Made by a program: the position numbers and the translations under genes
Source of the DNA: Methanobacteriota archaeon
Lineage (GTDB): Archaea > Methanobacteriota > Methanobacteria > Methanobacteriales > Methanobacteriaceae
Reading direction: 5' to 3'
DNA: 64,000 nucleotides
Assembly: GCA_963787255.1 (NCBI GenBank)
Contig: CAWBCJ010000029.1
Coordinates: 992,001-1,056,000 of the forward strand
The notes under the pieces: model-generated
The model's database searches: none
The model's input: only the letters and a program-made list of their open reading frames with translations
Told to the model about the DNA's origin: nothing
In this document: piece by piece, positions 1 to 11,515 of the stretch
Layout of the letters: each line of letters starts with the position of its first letter
How positions within the stretch are numbered: the first letter of the stretch is position 1

Positions 1-215
1 TATATAGATAAAATAGGGAGTTTATGTTCATATTTAAAAACACTAAAAAAAGTATTGTAAAAAATGCCGAAAAAAACCATAAAATATTTTATAGTGATTT
101 ACATATAGTATAAAGGACTGAATACTTTAAATCTGAAGTATTTATATATAACTTAAATCAAACCTTAGAATGTTGTACATAATATATATAAGATGACAAA
201 AACAGATAGTGGAGA

Positions 216-1031
216 ATGGAACAGAAACATTTAACCATTTTTATACCTGCCTCAATAACTGCTGAAACTAATGATTTAAGAATTAAAACTTACAAGGTAG
301 GTTTAATTGGTAGATCTGCAGCTATCTTTAAGGCTGACAAGATCGTTGTTTATAACGATAATTCGGATGAGAAAGAGGTAAAGTTTATTAGTGATGTCCT
401 CACTTATATGAATACGCCTCAATACCTTCGTAAAAAGGTATTTCCAATCTCAAGGGAATTAAAAAACGTGGGAATTCTCCCACCACTTAGAACTCCCCAC
501 CACCCTACGGATGAAGCGGAAGTAGGCGATTATAGGCAGGGATTCACTATAAAAAGGACAAAGAGAGGTACGATAGTTGATATCGGGGCGGATAGACCCG
601 CACTTTGTCGTGAAAAACTCAGTATAAATAAAGTATTTAGCTTCCGTATAGTGAAGCTATCAAAAAAGGATATATTAATAGAACCAGATAAACCCGACTT
701 TTACTGGGGTTATAAGGTTTTATCTACTTATAAGGACTTGTATGAAAGTGTATCGGAAGTAAAACCCGATTTTGTTATTGGAACTTCCAGATATGCAGAG
801 CCCATCACTTCTATTTTAGATGAAGTAAAGCACAAGATAAAAGATGCCAAACATTTGGCTATTTTGTTTGGTGGTCCTTATTCAGGCTTGCATGAACTTA
901 TTCAGGGCCGAAAAAACATAATAGATCTTGAAGTCAATACGGTCCCATCACAAGGAACTAAGACTATAAGGACTGAAGAGGCGGTTTTAATAACTTTATC
1001 TGTATTTAACCTGCTTTTAAATGCAGAATAA
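216..1031 (+). CDS. SPOUT-family RNA methyltransferase (DUF171/MTH1-like)
   Basis: ETP/NTPQYLRK-like, GILPPLRTPHH and C-terminal NTVPSQGTKTIRTEEA knot motifs; conserved position upstream of L3. Confidence 0.85.
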   Translation: MEQKHLTIFIPASITAETNDLRIKTYKVGLIGRSAAIFKADKIVVYNDNSDEKEVKFISDVLTYMNTPQYLRKKVFPISRELKNVGILPPLRTPHHPTDEAEVGDYRQGFTIKRTKRGTIVDIGADRPALCREKLSINKVFSFRIVKLSKKDILIEPDKPDFYWGYKVLSTYKDLYESVSEVKPDFVIGTSRYAEPITSILDEVKHKIKDAKHLAILFGGPYSGLHELIQGRKNIIDLEVNTVPSQGTKTIRTEEAVLITLSVFNLLLNAE

Positions 1032-1075
1032 CTCGGAAAATTGAAAGAATTGTGAAGTAAGGAGGTAAATTAAAA

Positions 1076-2086
1076 ATGACTAGACATCACCAACCACGAA
1101 AAGGATCAGTTGCATTCAGTCCTCGAAAGAGGGCATCAAAACAATCCCCCAGGATTAAATCCTGGCCTCAAGTCGATGAAACGGGGTTACTCGGCTTTGC
1201 AGGGTATAAAGTGGGAATGACTCACGTTAAAATGACTGACAACAGGAAAAACTCACCAACTGAAGGAATGGAAATTTCAACTCCAGTAACTATACTTGAA
1301 GTACCACCTGTTGCTGTAATGGGTATAAGAGCATATAGAAAAACCACTCGTGGTCTAAAAACCATGATGGATGTTATGGCTAGTGAATTAAGCGAAGAAC
1401 TTTTGCGTAAAATACCACTACCCGAAGAATATGATACTGATTCTAATTTAGCTAAATTAAAAGAAAATATTGATGATATCGTTGATATCCGCGTTTTAAT
1501 ACACACTAACCCTAAGAACGCCAGCGTTCCTAAAAAGAAACCTGAAATAATAGAATGCGGTCTTGGCGGCGCTACAGTTGGAGAAAAGCTTGAATACGCA
1601 ACAAGCGTTCTTGGAACTGAAATCAATGCAGCTGACGTTTTTTCTGATGGAGAACATGTTGATTCCATCGCTATCACCAAAGGAAAAGGATTCCAGGGTC
1701 CTGTTAAAAGATGGGGAGTCAGAATACAATACGGAAAAGCTGCAAGAAGTAGTAAAGGAAGACACGTTGGTTCATTAGGTCCATGGTCACCAGAAAGGAC
1801 AATGTGGACAGTTCCACAGGCAGGACAAATGGGATATCACAAAAGAACCGAATACAACAAAAAAATACTTAAAATTGGAGATGCTTCTGAAACAGACTCT
1901 ATAAATCCCGACGGTGGATTCGTTAAATACGGTCTCGTTAAAAATAATTTCATTATGGTGAAAGGATCACTACCAGGCTCAACAAAAAGGCTTGTAATTA
2001 TAAGAAAAGCTATGAGACCTCACAGAAAGCATAACGACGCGCCAGAAATATCAGAAATCTCAACTGCTTCCAAACAGGGAGTTTAA
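1076..2086 (+). CDS. rpl3: 50S ribosomal protein L3 (uL3)
   Basis: PRKGS..FSPRKR, GYKVGMTH, TKGKGFQGPVKRWG motifs; GGAGGT RBS. Confidence 0.98.
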   Translation: MTRHHQPRKGSVAFSPRKRASKQSPRIKSWPQVDETGLLGFAGYKVGMTHVKMTDNRKNSPTEGMEISTPVTILEVPPVAVMGIRAYRKTTRGLKTMMDVMASELSEELLRKIPLPEEYDTDSNLAKLKENIDDIVDIRVLIHTNPKNASVPKKKPEIIECGLGGATVGEKLEYATSVLGTEINAADVFSDGEHVDSIAITKGKGFQGPVKRWGVRIQYGKAARSSKGRHVGSLGPWSPERTMWTVPQAGQMGYHKRTEYNKKILKIGDASETDSINPDGGFVKYGLVKNNFIMVKGSLPGSTKRLVIIRKAMRPHRKHNDAPEISEISTASKQGV

Positions 2087-2132
2087 GGTTTAAATTCAAG
2101 TTTATATTTGGAATAATAAAGAGGGATATTAG

Positions 2133-2915
2133 ATGAAAAAGATCAAAGTTTATTCATTGAAAGGAGAAGTCATTGATGAAATCAAGCTTCCTGAAATCTT
2201 CAACGAAGAATACAGACCAGATATCATAAAAAGAGCAGTAATCTCCTCACAAACCGCAAGAATACAACCATGGGGAACAGATCCAATGGCAGGTAAGAGG
2301 ACAACTGCAGAATCTTACGGTTCTGGTCGTGGTGCAGCAATGGTACCTCGTGTAAAAGGAAGCAGACACCCAGCAGGGTCAAAAGCTGCTTTTGTACCTC
2401 AAGCTGTAGGTGGAAGAAGAGCACACCCACCGAAGCCTCAAAAGATTTATCATGAGAAAATAAACAGGAAAGAAAGAAGATTAGCAATCAGATCAGCAAT
2501 AGCTGCAACTACAAATCCTGAATTAGTAGAAAACAGGGGACACAAAGTAAAAAATGTGCCGCAAATTCCATTTGTAGTTGATGACGAACTAGCTAAAATT
2601 AAAAACACCAAAGAAACAAGGGAAATATTCAAAACCCTTGGAATAATGGACGATATAGTCAGGGCCAAAACCGGTAAGAAAATAAGGGCCGGAAAAGGTA
2701 AAATGAGAGGTCGAAAATACAAAGTGCCAAAAGGACCACTAATAGTTGTGGGAGAAGACAAAGGCATAAGCCTCGGTGCAAGAAACCACCCTGGTGTTGA
2801 TATTGTTTCTGTAGAAAACCTGAACGCTGAACTTTTAGCTCCAGGAACACATGCAGGAAGATTAACAATATACACAAAATCAGCCATTCTAAAAATTGGT
2901 GAATTGTTCCAATAA
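2133..2915 (+). CDS. rpl4: 50S ribosomal protein L4 (uL4)
   Basis: [30 protein letters not shown] motifs; operon order. Confidence 0.98.
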   Translation: MKKIKVYSLKGEVIDEIKLPEIFNEEYRPDIIKRAVISSQTARIQPWGTDPMAGKRTTAESYGSGRGAAMVPRVKGSRHPAGSKAAFVPQAVGGRRAHPPKPQKIYHEKINRKERRLAIRSAIAATTNPELVENRGHKVKNVPQIPFVVDDELAKIKNTKETREIFKTLGIMDDIVRAKTGKKIRAGKGKMRGRKYKVPKGPLIVVGEDKGISLGARNHPGVDIVSVENLNAELLAPGTHAGRLTIYTKSAILKIGELFQ

Positions 2916-2931
2916 TAGAGGACGTGTGAAT

Positions 2932-3192
2932 ATGGATCCTTATTCAATAATAAAAAGACCACTCCTAACAGAAAAAACAATGAATGCAATTGACCAAAAA
3001 AACGAACTAACATTTGTAGTTCTTAGAACCGCAAGAAAATCTGAAATTAAAAACGCATTCGAAGACCTTTACGCTGTTAAAGTGGAAAAAGTAAACACTC
3101 AAGTTACTTCAAAAGGAGATAAATTAGCCTACATAAAACTGGCCGCAGAGCACAGTGCAGAGGATATAGCAGTTAAAATGGGAGTATTCTAA
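2932..3192 (+). CDS. rpl23: 50S ribosomal protein L23 (uL23)
   Basis: MDPYSIIKRPLLTEK...KLAYIKL; ATG 2932 after GAGGA RBS (internal to ORF 2896). Confidence 0.97.
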   Translation: MDPYSIIKRPLLTEKTMNAIDQKNELTFVVLRTARKSEIKNAFEDLYAVKVEKVNTQVTSKGDKLAYIKLAAEHSAEDIAVKMGVF

Positions 3193-3256
3193 TACTCACA
3201 TTCAATCTAATTAGTATCCGCAAAGACCTTTCGGGTCATGTATGGAGGAATATTAA

Positions 3257-3982
3257 ATGGGAAAACGTTTAAAATCACAAAGAAGCGGTAGGGGATCTTC
3301 AACTTATAGAAGTGCATCCCACCGATTCAAAGGAAAGATCGAATATCGATCATACGATAGTATAGAAAAAGAAGGCAGCTTAAAAGGAAAAGTTGCCGAT
3401 ATAATTAACGATCCTGGAAGAAGTGCACCAGTAGCATTGGTGAAATTTGAAAATGGTGAGAAAAAAATGGTATTAGCTCCAGAAAGCATCCAGATAAACG
3501 ATGATATAGAATTTGGATTTGCAGCACCAATAAAACCTGGAAATGCTTTACCGCTTGCACAGATTCCTGAAGGTACACCAGTATATAATCTTGAAAAAAA
3601 TCCCGGAGACGGCGGAAAATTCGTCAAATCATCTGGAACTCACGCTTCTTTAATAACTCATGATGTAGGAAAGGCAATTGTTGAATTGCCATCCGGAGAA
3701 CTAAAAGCATTCAATCCTGCCTGCAGGGCAACCATTGGAATAGTTGCCGGCGGAGGAAGAAAGGAAAAACCATTCCTTAAAGCAGGAAACAGGTTCTACG
3801 CCTTAAACGCGAAGGGTAAAAAGAATGTCAGTGTTAGAGGAGTAGCAATGAACGCAGTAGATCACCCACACGGTGGTGGAAACAGACAGCATCCCGGAAG
3901 GCCAACCACAGTTTCAAGACATGCGCCGCCAGGAAGAAAAGTTGGTTCAATTGCTGCAAGAAGAACAGGGAAGAGAAGGTAA
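3257..3982 (+). CDS. rpl2: 50S ribosomal protein L2 (uL2)
   Basis: DPGRSAP, RGVAMNAVDHPHGGG, GRKVGSIAARRTG. Confidence 0.98.
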   Translation: MGKRLKSQRSGRGSSTYRSASHRFKGKIEYRSYDSIEKEGSLKGKVADIINDPGRSAPVALVKFENGEKKMVLAPESIQINDDIEFGFAAPIKPGNALPLAQIPEGTPVYNLEKNPGDGGKFVKSSGTHASLITHDVGKAIVELPSGELKAFNPACRATIGIVAGGGRKEKPFLKAGNRFYALNAKGKKNVSVRGVAMNAVDHPHGGGNRQHPGRPTTVSRHAPPGRKVGSIAARRTGKRR

Positions 3983-4048
3983 ATTAAGATATTTAAAAAG
4001 GGAAATAAATAAAATAAGAACTCAAATAAACTATGAGGAGGCGACCAA

Positions 4049-4459
4049 TTGGCTAGAAAAGAATTTATATATCGCGGTTACACATTAGAAGAGTTACAAC
4101 AAATGCCTTTGGATAATGTTATACAATTATTTCCATCCCGGCAGAGAAGATCCCTAAAAAGAGGTTTTCTCCCAAGACAGAAGAAAGTACTCGAAAAAAT
4201 AAGGAAACTAAAAAAGGATGGGAACCAAGGCGGAAGACCAAGAATAATTAAAACCCATTGTAGGGACATGATTGTACTTCCAGAAATGGTCGGAGTAACC
4301 TTTGGGATTTATAATGGAAAAGAATTCACAGAAGTTATCATACAACCTGAAATGATTGGATGTTACTTCGGAGAATTCGCACCTACAAGAAAGCGAGTAG
4401 CGCATGGAGATCCCGGAATGGGTGCTACAAGGTCATCTATGTTTGTGCCTCTTAAATAA
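4049..4459 (+). CDS. rps19: 30S ribosomal protein S19 (uS19)
   Basis: [15 protein letters not shown]...GEFAPTRK; TTG start after GAGGAGG. Confidence 0.97.
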   Translation: MARKEFIYRGYTLEELQQMPLDNVIQLFPSRQRRSLKRGFLPRQKKVLEKIRKLKKDGNQGGRPRIIKTHCRDMIVLPEMVGVTFGIYNGKEFTEVIIQPEMIGCYFGEFAPTRKRVAHGDPGMGATRSSMFVPLK

Positions 4460-4471
4460 GGAGAGAATAAA

Positions 4472-4933
4472 ATGGCAAAAATTAACTACGCTTTTACAGA
4501 TGACGATAAAACTAAAACAGCTAAAGCTCTTGGAAGATCACTTAAGATCTCTCCAAAACATGCTGTTGAAATATGTAACAAGATTAGAGGAATGAAGGTA
4601 GAAAATGCCAAAAATTACCTTGAAGACGTAATTGAAATGAAAAAAGCAGTCCCATTCAAAAAGCATAACAAAAAAGTAGGTCATAGAAGAGGATTAGATG
4701 GATGGCCAACTGGTAGATATCCAGTAAAAGCCGCTACCCAAATTCTAGAGGTACTTAAAAGTGCTGAAGCAAACGCTGAGTACAAGGGCATTGATACAGA
4801 AAATATCAAGATAATGCATATATCCAGTCACAAGGGGTACGTTATACGAGGATGGACTCCAAGAGCATTTGGAAGAGCAAGTCCTTTTAATACGCCAACC
4901 ACCCATATACAAATAGTTCTAGGGGAGGCATAG
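4472..4933 (+). CDS. rpl22: 50S ribosomal protein L22 (uL22)
   Basis: [25 protein letters not shown]. Confidence 0.97.
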   Translation: MAKINYAFTDDDKTKTAKALGRSLKISPKHAVEICNKIRGMKVENAKNYLEDVIEMKKAVPFKKHNKKVGHRRGLDGWPTGRYPVKAATQILEVLKSAEANAEYKGIDTENIKIMHISSHKGYVIRGWTPRAFGRASPFNTPTTHIQIVLGEA

Positions 4934-4939
4934 AGTTAC

Positions 4940-6122
4940 ATGATAGAAAAAGATTTTGTCACAGAAGGACTTAAAAGGACAAGAATTGACGAATACCTTG
5001 AAAACGAACTGGAAAGAGCCGGTTACGGTGGAATGGAAATTCAATTAACTCCTCTAGGTACAATGATTGTTGTTTACGCAGAACGTCCAGGAATGGTTAT
5101 AGGAAGAGGTGGAAAAACCGTCCGTAACATAACCCAAACCTTAAAAACAAACTATGGGCTTGAAAACCCACAGGTAGAAGTTAAAGAAGTGGATATTCCT
5201 GAACTTAACCCTAAAATAATGGCTCATAAAATTGCAGCAATGCTGCAGCGTGGAATGCACTTCAGAAGAGTAGCATACACAGCACTCAGAAGAATAATGG
5301 GCGCAGGAGCACAAGGTGTTGAGGTTACAATATCTGGTAAAATAAGAGGTTCAAGGTCCGCAACTGCAAAATTTAATGACGGTTACATTAAAAAATGTGG
5401 TGAACCAGCCTTAAGATTTGTAAAGGTAGGATTTGCGACAGTTCAACTAAAGCCGGGAGTTTTAGGTATTTTTGTTAGAATAATGCCTCCGGGAATGGTT
5501 TTACCTGATAAAGTGGATATTTTACAGATTGCAGTTGAAGAACCAGAAGCTGAAACAATTTCTGAAACTTTAGAAGTAGAAAAAGTGGAAGAAACTCAAG
5601 ATCAAGAAATAGAAGATACAGAAGTTACTGAAATTGCCGAAGAAATCGAGGAAGAGCCTGAAGAAGATTCCATTACTGAGGAAGCTGAAGAGCCTGAAGT
5701 AGAAGAAGAAACTACCGAAGAAGCTGAAGAGACCAGTGAAGAGCCTGAAGTAGAAGAAGAAACTACCGAAGAAGCTGAAGAGACCAGTGAAGAGCCTGAA
5801 GTAGAAGAAGAAACTACCGAAGAAGCTGAAGAGACCAGTGAAGAGCCTGAAGTAGAAGAAGAAACTACCGAAGAAGCTGAAGAGACCAGTGAAGAGCCTG
5901 AAGTAGAAGAAGAAACTACCGAAGAAGCTGAAGAGACCAGTGAAGAGCCTGAAGTAGAAGAAGAAACTACCGAAGAAGCTGAAGAAGCCTGAAGTAGAAG
6001 AAGAAACTACCGAAGAAGCTGAAGAGACCAGTGAAGAGCCTGAAGTAGAAGAAGAAACTACCGAAGAAGCTGAAGAAACAGCCAAAGAAGCCAGCAAAGA
6101 GCCAGAAAAGCCAGAATCATAG
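4940..6122 (+). CDS. rps3: 30S ribosomal protein S3 (uS3) with long acidic repeat tail; reads to 5992 as given, or to TAG 6120-6122 if one extra A near 5986 is removed
   Basis: KH domain RPGMVIGRGG, GAQGVEVTISGK; repeat continues past the apparent stop in the +1 frame. Confidence 0.95.
5687..6077 (+). repeat. Coding tandem repeat, 51-bp unit (EEPEVEEETTEEAEETS), about 8 copies
   Basis: Five perfect units start at 5687, 5738, 5789, 5840 and 5891; then a truncated unit, a unit with an extra A, and a partial unit. Confidence 0.97.
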
Positions 6123-6150
6123 ATACATAAATATAAAAGGATGGAATAAC

Positions 6151-6357
6151 ATGGTAATATTAAGGAGCAAAGAAATACGTGAAATGGAAATTGAGGACAT
6201 CCAGAAGAAATTGGATGAACTTAAAGCAGAACACGCGAAAAATATTTCAAAGAGTTCTGCAGCAGGAATTAATGAAAATCCTGGAAAAATTAAGGAACTT
6301 AAAAGAACAATTGCACGTGTCCTTACCATAATGAACGAAAAACAGAGGGAGAAGTAA
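6151..6357 (+). CDS. rpl29: 50S ribosomal protein L29 (uL29)
   Basis: LRSKEIREM, ENPGKIKELKRTIARVLT. Confidence 0.96.
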   Translation: MVILRSKEIREMEIEDIQKKLDELKAEHAKNISKSSAAGINENPGKIKELKRTIARVLTIMNEKQREK

Positions 6358-6362
6358 AATAG

Positions 6363-6668
6363 ATGAAAGTCTGTGAGATATGCGGTCTTCCAGAAGAACT
6401 TTGCGTCTGTGAGGAAATAGCTCGAGAAATACAGAAAGTCAAAGTATACACAGTTAGAAGACGATTCGGAAAGCTTATGACCATCGTAGAAGGTATAGAT
6501 GAGCATGATATTGATATAAGGGAACTTACAAAAGAACTCAAAAATAAATGTGCCTGTGGAGGTACAGCTAAAAAAGGTCAGATTGAACTTCAAGGGGATC
6601 ATAAACGGAAGGTCAAACAAGTTCTGGCTAATATGGGCTTTTCTTCAGATACAATAGAAATAAGATAA
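6363..6668 (+). CDS. Translation initiation factor SUI1/aIF1 (YciH-like)
   Basis: [30 protein letters not shown]. Confidence 0.95.
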   Translation: MKVCEICGLPEELCVCEEIAREIQKVKVYTVRRRFGKLMTIVEGIDEHDIDIRELTKELKNKCACGGTAKKGQIELQGDHKRKVKQVLANMGFSSDTIEIR

Positions 6669-6778
6669 ATTCGGAAATTAGAACTCATTGAAATTCTGTA
6701 TAATACAGAACTATCTCAGAGATAAAGTTATGGACTGCATAAGCAAAGTAGACAAGACTTTCTAACGATAAAAAAAAA

Positions 6779-7063
6779 ATGATAACTCCAAAGAATATAT
6801 TCCGTCATGAGCTCGTGGGACTTCCTGTTAAGGTTGTAGACAGCACTCATGAAGGATTCATTGGAATAGAAGGAAAAGTTGTCGATGAAACAAAAAACAC
6901 CCTCCTAATTCAAGAGGAGGATGAAACAGAAAAATTAGTTCCTAAGGGAGCTGCAACTTTTCATTTTAATTTGCCTGACGGCACTATAATTGAAATCGAG
7001 GGTAAGATTATCGTTGCTCGCCCTGAAGATAGGATAAAAAAGAAATTCAGGAAATATTGGTGA
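6779..7063 (+). CDS. rnp1: RNase P protein component 1 (Rpp29/Pop4)
   Basis: [24 protein letters not shown]; conserved position. Confidence 0.95.
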   Translation: MITPKNIFRHELVGLPVKVVDSTHEGFIGIEGKVVDETKNTLLIQEEDETEKLVPKGAATFHFNLPDGTIIEIEGKIIVARPEDRIKKKFRKYW

Positions 7064-7067
7064 TAAC

Positions 7068-7388
7068 ATGATAGGTATCGAAGTTCCAGAACCTAAAGAA
7101 AGATGTGAAGATCCTAACTGCCCGTTTCATGGAACTCTTCCAGTAAGAGGCCAGATATTAGAAGGGATAGTTACCAGCAACAAAGCTGAAAGGACCATCA
7201 CAGTAGAAAGAAGTTTTTACAAATTTATACAAAAATACGAAAGATATGAAAAAAGAAAATCAAAAATAACCGCACATAAACCAGACTGTATTCAAGTTAA
7301 CATTGGTGACGCAGTGAAAATTGCGGAGTGCAGACCTTTAAGTAAAACAAAACAGTTTGTAGTCATAGAAGTTAAAGGAGATAAATAA
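7068..7388 (+). CDS. rps17: 30S ribosomal protein S17 (uS17)
   Basis: [27 protein letters not shown]. Confidence 0.97.
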   Translation: MIGIEVPEPKERCEDPNCPFHGTLPVRGQILEGIVTSNKAERTITVERSFYKFIQKYERYEKRKSKITAHKPDCIQVNIGDAVKIAECRPLSKTKQFVVIEVKGDK

Positions 7389-7390
7389 AG

Positions 7391-7789
7391 ATGAAAGCTA
7401 TCACTTCAAACGTCACAAGAGTTTTACCAATAGGCGCCAGACTCCAATGCATCGACAATACCGGTGCAAGGGAAGTTGAAATTGTGTCTGTTAAAGGATA
7501 CAAAGGTGTGCGAAGAAGGCTTGCAATAGCCGGAGTCGGCGACATGATCATAGTCACTGTTAAAAAAGGAACTATAGACATGAGAAAAGAAGTCATGACT
7601 GCAGTGATTGTAAGGCAGAAAAAAGAATACAGAAGAGCAGATGGTTTAAGGGTTAAGTTTGAAGATAATGCAGCAGTAATAATAAGTCCGGAAGGCACAC
7701 TAAAAGGTTCTGAAATAAGAGGACCAGTTGCTAAGGAAGCAGCAGAAAGATGGCCAAGTATCGGAAGCGCTGCAAGCACAATAGTTTAA
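7391..7789 (+). CDS. rpl14: 50S ribosomal protein L14 (uL14)
   Basis: [23 protein letters not shown]. Confidence 0.97.
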   Translation: MKAITSNVTRVLPIGARLQCIDNTGAREVEIVSVKGYKGVRRRLAIAGVGDMIIVTVKKGTIDMRKEVMTAVIVRQKKEYRRADGLRVKFEDNAAVIISPEGTLKGSEIRGPVAKEAAERWPSIGSAASTIV

Positions 7790-7803
7790 TTAATGGTGAT
7801 AAA

Positions 7804-8157
<354 letters not shown>

Positions 8158-8158
8158 T

Positions 8159-8887
8159 ATGGCAAAAATGGGATCAAGAAAACATCTCAAACGTTATAAA
8201 GCGCCAAAACACTGGCCGATCCATCCAAAAGAAAATAAATGGACTGTTAAACCCAACGCGGGTCCTCATGCTATAGAAGAATCATTACCATTACTACTTA
8301 TAGTTCGTGATATTCTCAAAGTTGCAGACAACTCCAGAGAAGCAAAAAGAATTATAAACAACGGAGACATTCTCGTTGACGGTAGAACTAGAAAAGACTA
8401 CAAGTACCCCGTAGGATTCATGGACGTAATCGAAATACCAAAAACAGAAAGCGTTTACAGGGTCCTTCCAGATGAAAAAGGAAGACTAATTCTGTACCCT
8501 ATAGCTGCAGAAAACAAGGAATTTAAACTTTGTAAAATTACTGATAAAACTACTATAAAAGGTGGAAAAACTCAACTTAACCTTCACGACGGTAGATGCC
8601 ATCTTGATGAAGGAAAATACAAAGTTGGAGATGTAATTATTCTCAAAGTTCCAGAACAGGAAATCAGCGAAGTAATAAGCTTTGAAGACGGTACAATTGG
8701 CCTTATAACTGGTGGAAAGCATATCGGTGAAATAGGTAGGATAAAAGAAATTAACATAACTAAATCATCCATGCCTAATACTGTTGAAATGGAAACAGAA
8801 AATAAGAAAACATTCCTCACCTTAAAAGATTATGTGTTTGTAATTGGTAAGGATGAAGCAGCAATTACACTTCCTGGAGGTAAATAG
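8159..8887 (+). CDS. rps4e: 30S ribosomal protein S4e (eS4)
   Basis: [25 protein letters not shown]. Confidence 0.97.
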   Translation: MAKMGSRKHLKRYKAPKHWPIHPKENKWTVKPNAGPHAIEESLPLLLIVRDILKVADNSREAKRIINNGDILVDGRTRKDYKYPVGFMDVIEIPKTESVYRVLPDEKGRLILYPIAAENKEFKLCKITDKTTIKGGKTQLNLHDGRCHLDEGKYKVGDVIILKVPEQEISEVISFEDGTIGLITGGKHIGEIGRIKEINITKSSMPNTVEMETENKKTFLTLKDYVFVIGKDEAAITLPGGK

Positions 8888-9394
8888 ATGAACCCAATGG
8901 AAGAAGTGAAAATAGCAAAGGCAACAATTAACATAGGTGTTGGAGAATCTGGAGAAAGACTTTCAAGGGCTGAAAAGTTAATTGAAAGCATCACCGACCA
9001 ACAGCCTGTACGTACTTATTCTAAAGTAACTAATCCTGAATTTGGTATAAGAAAAGGGCAACCCATAGCATGTAAAGTTACATTGAGGGGAGAAAAAGCC
9101 GATAAAGCCATTAAGATGATACTTGATGGTATTGAAAACAGGTTAAAAACAAGACAATTCGATGCTCAGGGAAACGTTTCGTTTGGGATAAACGAACACA
9201 TAGACATTCCAGGGATGCGTTACGATCCAGATATTGGTATATTTGGGATGAACATTTCCGTAACATTCGAAAAACCAGGTTACAGGATAAAAAGAAGGAA
9301 AATCCAGAGGAAAAAAATTCCAGTTAAACACATGGTAACCCCAGAAGAAACCATGGAGTATATGAAGGAAAATTTCCAGGTTAAGATAAAATAG
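8888..9394 (+). CDS. rpl5: 50S ribosomal protein L5 (uL5)
   Basis: [37 protein letters not shown]. Confidence 0.97.
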   Translation: MNPMEEVKIAKATINIGVGESGERLSRAEKLIESITDQQPVRTYSKVTNPEFGIRKGQPIACKVTLRGEKADKAIKMILDGIENRLKTRQFDAQGNVSFGINEHIDIPGMRYDPDIGIFGMNISVTFEKPGYRIKRRKIQRKKIPVKHMVTPEETMEYMKENFQVKIK

Positions 9395-9403
9395 GTGATA
9401 TAC

Positions 9404-9547
9404 TTGCCAAGAAAATACGGAAAAGCATCAAGAGAATGTAGAAGATGCGGCGATCACTCTGCGTTAGTTAGAAGATACGGGCTTAATTTATGCAGGCAAT
9501 GCTTCAGAGAACTCGCACGCAAAATAGGATTTAAAAAATACAATTAA
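9404..9547 (+). CDS. rps14: 30S ribosomal protein S14 (uS14, zinc-binding type); not in ORF track
   Basis: Hand translation from TTG: [47 protein letters not shown]; AGGTGA RBS. Confidence 0.96.
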   Translation: MPRKYGKASRECRRCGDHSALVRRYGLNLCRQCFRELARKIGFKKYN

Positions 9548-9559
9548 GAGGTGTTATTC

Positions 9560-9949
9560 GTGCTTATGGATCCTCTAGCAAACGCGCTTACCAATATGAG
9601 AAACAATGAACTGCAGGGAAATAAAAGATGTAAAATTTCACCAGCATCCAAAATGATTGGACGCGTTTTAAGAACAATGCAAAAGGAAGGATACATCGGT
9701 GAATTTGAATTCGTCGATGATAACAAGGCTGGACAGTTCATAGTTGAACTGGAAGGAAATATTAACAAATGCGGTGTCATAAAGCCAAGACACGCAGTAA
9801 AAAAAGATCAATTTGAAAAATTTGAAAAGAGGTACCTGCCATCTAAAAACTTCGGAATCATGATACTAACCACACCAGAGGGAATCATGACCCACAAAGA
9901 AGCTAAAGATAAAGAAATTGGCGGCAGGCTTCTAGCATACATCTATTAA
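9560..9949 (+). CDS. rps8: 30S ribosomal protein S8 (uS8)
   Basis: [25 protein letters not shown]; GTG start chosen by RBS spacing. Confidence 0.96.
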   Translation: MLMDPLANALTNMRNNELQGNKRCKISPASKMIGRVLRTMQKEGYIGEFEFVDDNKAGQFIVELEGNINKCGVIKPRHAVKKDQFEKFEKRYLPSKNFGIMILTTPEGIMTHKEAKDKEIGGRLLAYIY

Positions 9950-9965
9950 ATATTCAGGTGATAAC

Positions 9966-10499
9966 ATGGTTGAAGCAGTAGTCCTTAGAGAAGAAATACT
10001 GATTCCTGAAGGGATAGATGTTACTATTGACGGTGGAATAACCGTAAAGGGATCAAAGGGAGAGCTCTCAAGGAAATTTAATTATTCTGGCATTTCTATT
10101 AATCAGGAAAATGGCAACATAGTATTAGAAGCTAATTTTCCTAAAAAGAAAGATAAGGCAATGCTTGGAACTATAAAATCCCATATCAACAACATGATGA
10201 TAGGATTAACAGATGGATTTACTTACAATATGAAAATAGTTTACGCTCACTTCCCTATGACTGTAAAAGCTAGTGGGGATAAAGTTACCATAGAAAATTT
10301 CCTTGGTGAAAGGTATCCTAGAACAGCTAAAATAGTTGGAAGCGCTAAAGTCCAGGTAAAAGGTGACGAAGTAGTAGTCACAGGTATAAACAAAGAAGAC
10401 GTTGGACAAACAATGGCAAACCTGGAACAGGCCACCAAAATAAAGGGAAGAGATCCAAGGGTATTCCAGGACGGAATATACCTTGTAAGTCGGGAATAA
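9966..10499 (+). CDS. rpl6: 50S ribosomal protein L6 (uL6)
   Basis: [26 protein letters not shown]. Confidence 0.97.
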   Translation: MVEAVVLREEILIPEGIDVTIDGGITVKGSKGELSRKFNYSGISINQENGNIVLEANFPKKKDKAMLGTIKSHINNMMIGLTDGFTYNMKIVYAHFPMTVKASGDKVTIENFLGERYPRTAKIVGSAKVQVKGDEVVVTGINKEDVGQTMANLEQATKIKGRDPRVFQDGIYLVSRE

Positions 10500-10512
10500 T
10501 GGCGGTGACAAT

Positions 10513-10848
10513 ATGAAAAAACCAAATTTCAAAAGACAGGAATGGTTTAGATACAAGAAGCTTGGAGAAAAATGGAGGAAGGCAAGAGGGAAAACCAGTA
10601 AAACTCGAAGATACGAAAAAGGAAAACCCGCAATGCCTTCAATAGGCTACGGATCTCCAAAAGCGACAAGAGGACTTCACCCTTCTGGATATCAGGATAT
10701 ACTTGTTTCTAATATCAGGGAACTTGAAAACCTTGATCCAGTTACACAAGCAGGTAGAATAAGTGCTACAGTGGGAAAAAGGAAAAAAGAAGTAATGCTT
10801 GGGAAAGCAAAAGAATTAGGAATTAAGATTCTTAACAAAGGGATTTAA
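10513..10848 (+). CDS. rpl32e: 50S ribosomal protein L32e
   Basis: FKRQE, WRKARG, IGYGSP..RGLHPSG. Confidence 0.96.
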   Translation: MKKPNFKRQEWFRYKKLGEKWRKARGKTSKTRRYEKGKPAMPSIGYGSPKATRGLHPSGYQDILVSNIRELENLDPVTQAGRISATVGKRKKEVMLGKAKELGIKILNKGI

Positions 10849-11051
10849 GTACTCAATGCGGGTACTTAATGGTCAAACCTTTAAAATTCGGTAATAATGA
10901 TGATAAAATCATTTGCAAAGGTTTGAGATATAAGAAGTAAAAAAAATAAAATTTTACAATAATATGCATTATTAAAATGTGTTGAATCTTCATTTAGAAG
11001 GTTCAGGTTTTTGATCAACCTTTTAAAAAAGGTTGAAAGGGAGGTTTCTCA

Positions 11052-11498
11052 ATGAATCTTACTACTCAAAAAAGATTGGCTGCAGATATACTCAAAGTCG
11101 GGGAAAACAGGGTATGGATAGATCCTGAAAGGACAGAAGAAGTATCAAGAGCCATAACTCGAGAAAACGTAAAACAATTAATAAACAATAAAGCCATAAG
11201 AGCTAAACCTCAAACTGGCATAAGCAGCTACAGGTCAAAGAAAATAGCTGCACAGAAGAAGAAAGGAAGAAGAAAAGGTCATGGTAGTACAAAAGGAGCT
11301 AAAGGAGCTAAAAATCCAAAGAAAGAAAAATGGATGACTACTATAAGGGCCTTAAGAACCGATCTAAAAGGTATGAGAGAAAACAGGGAAATTAACAAAA
11401 CTACCTACAGAAAGCTCTATAGAATGGCGAAGGGTGGCGCTTTCAGAAGCAAATCCTACATGAAAACTTACGCAAGGGATCATGGCCTGCTCAGGTAG
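11052..11498 (+). CDS. rpl19e: 50S ribosomal protein L19e
   Basis: QKRLAADILKVGENRVWIDP, YRKLYRMAKGG. Confidence 0.97.
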   Translation: MNLTTQKRLAADILKVGENRVWIDPERTEEVSRAITRENVKQLINNKAIRAKPQTGISSYRSKKIAAQKKKGRRKGHGSTKGAKGAKNPKKEKWMTTIRALRTDLKGMRENREINKTTYRKLYRMAKGGAFRSKSYMKTYARDHGLLR

Positions 11499-11515
11499 AT
11501 TAAGGAGGAATTTAA

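Noticed and set aside
216-1075. Absence of rps10 at the head of the L3 cluster
   Set aside because: Normal for archaea, where S10 lies with the elongation factor genes
5687-6077. Regular repeats resembling a CRISPR array
   Set aside because: Units are contiguous with no unique spacers, the 51-bp period is a multiple of 3, and they lie in frame within rps3
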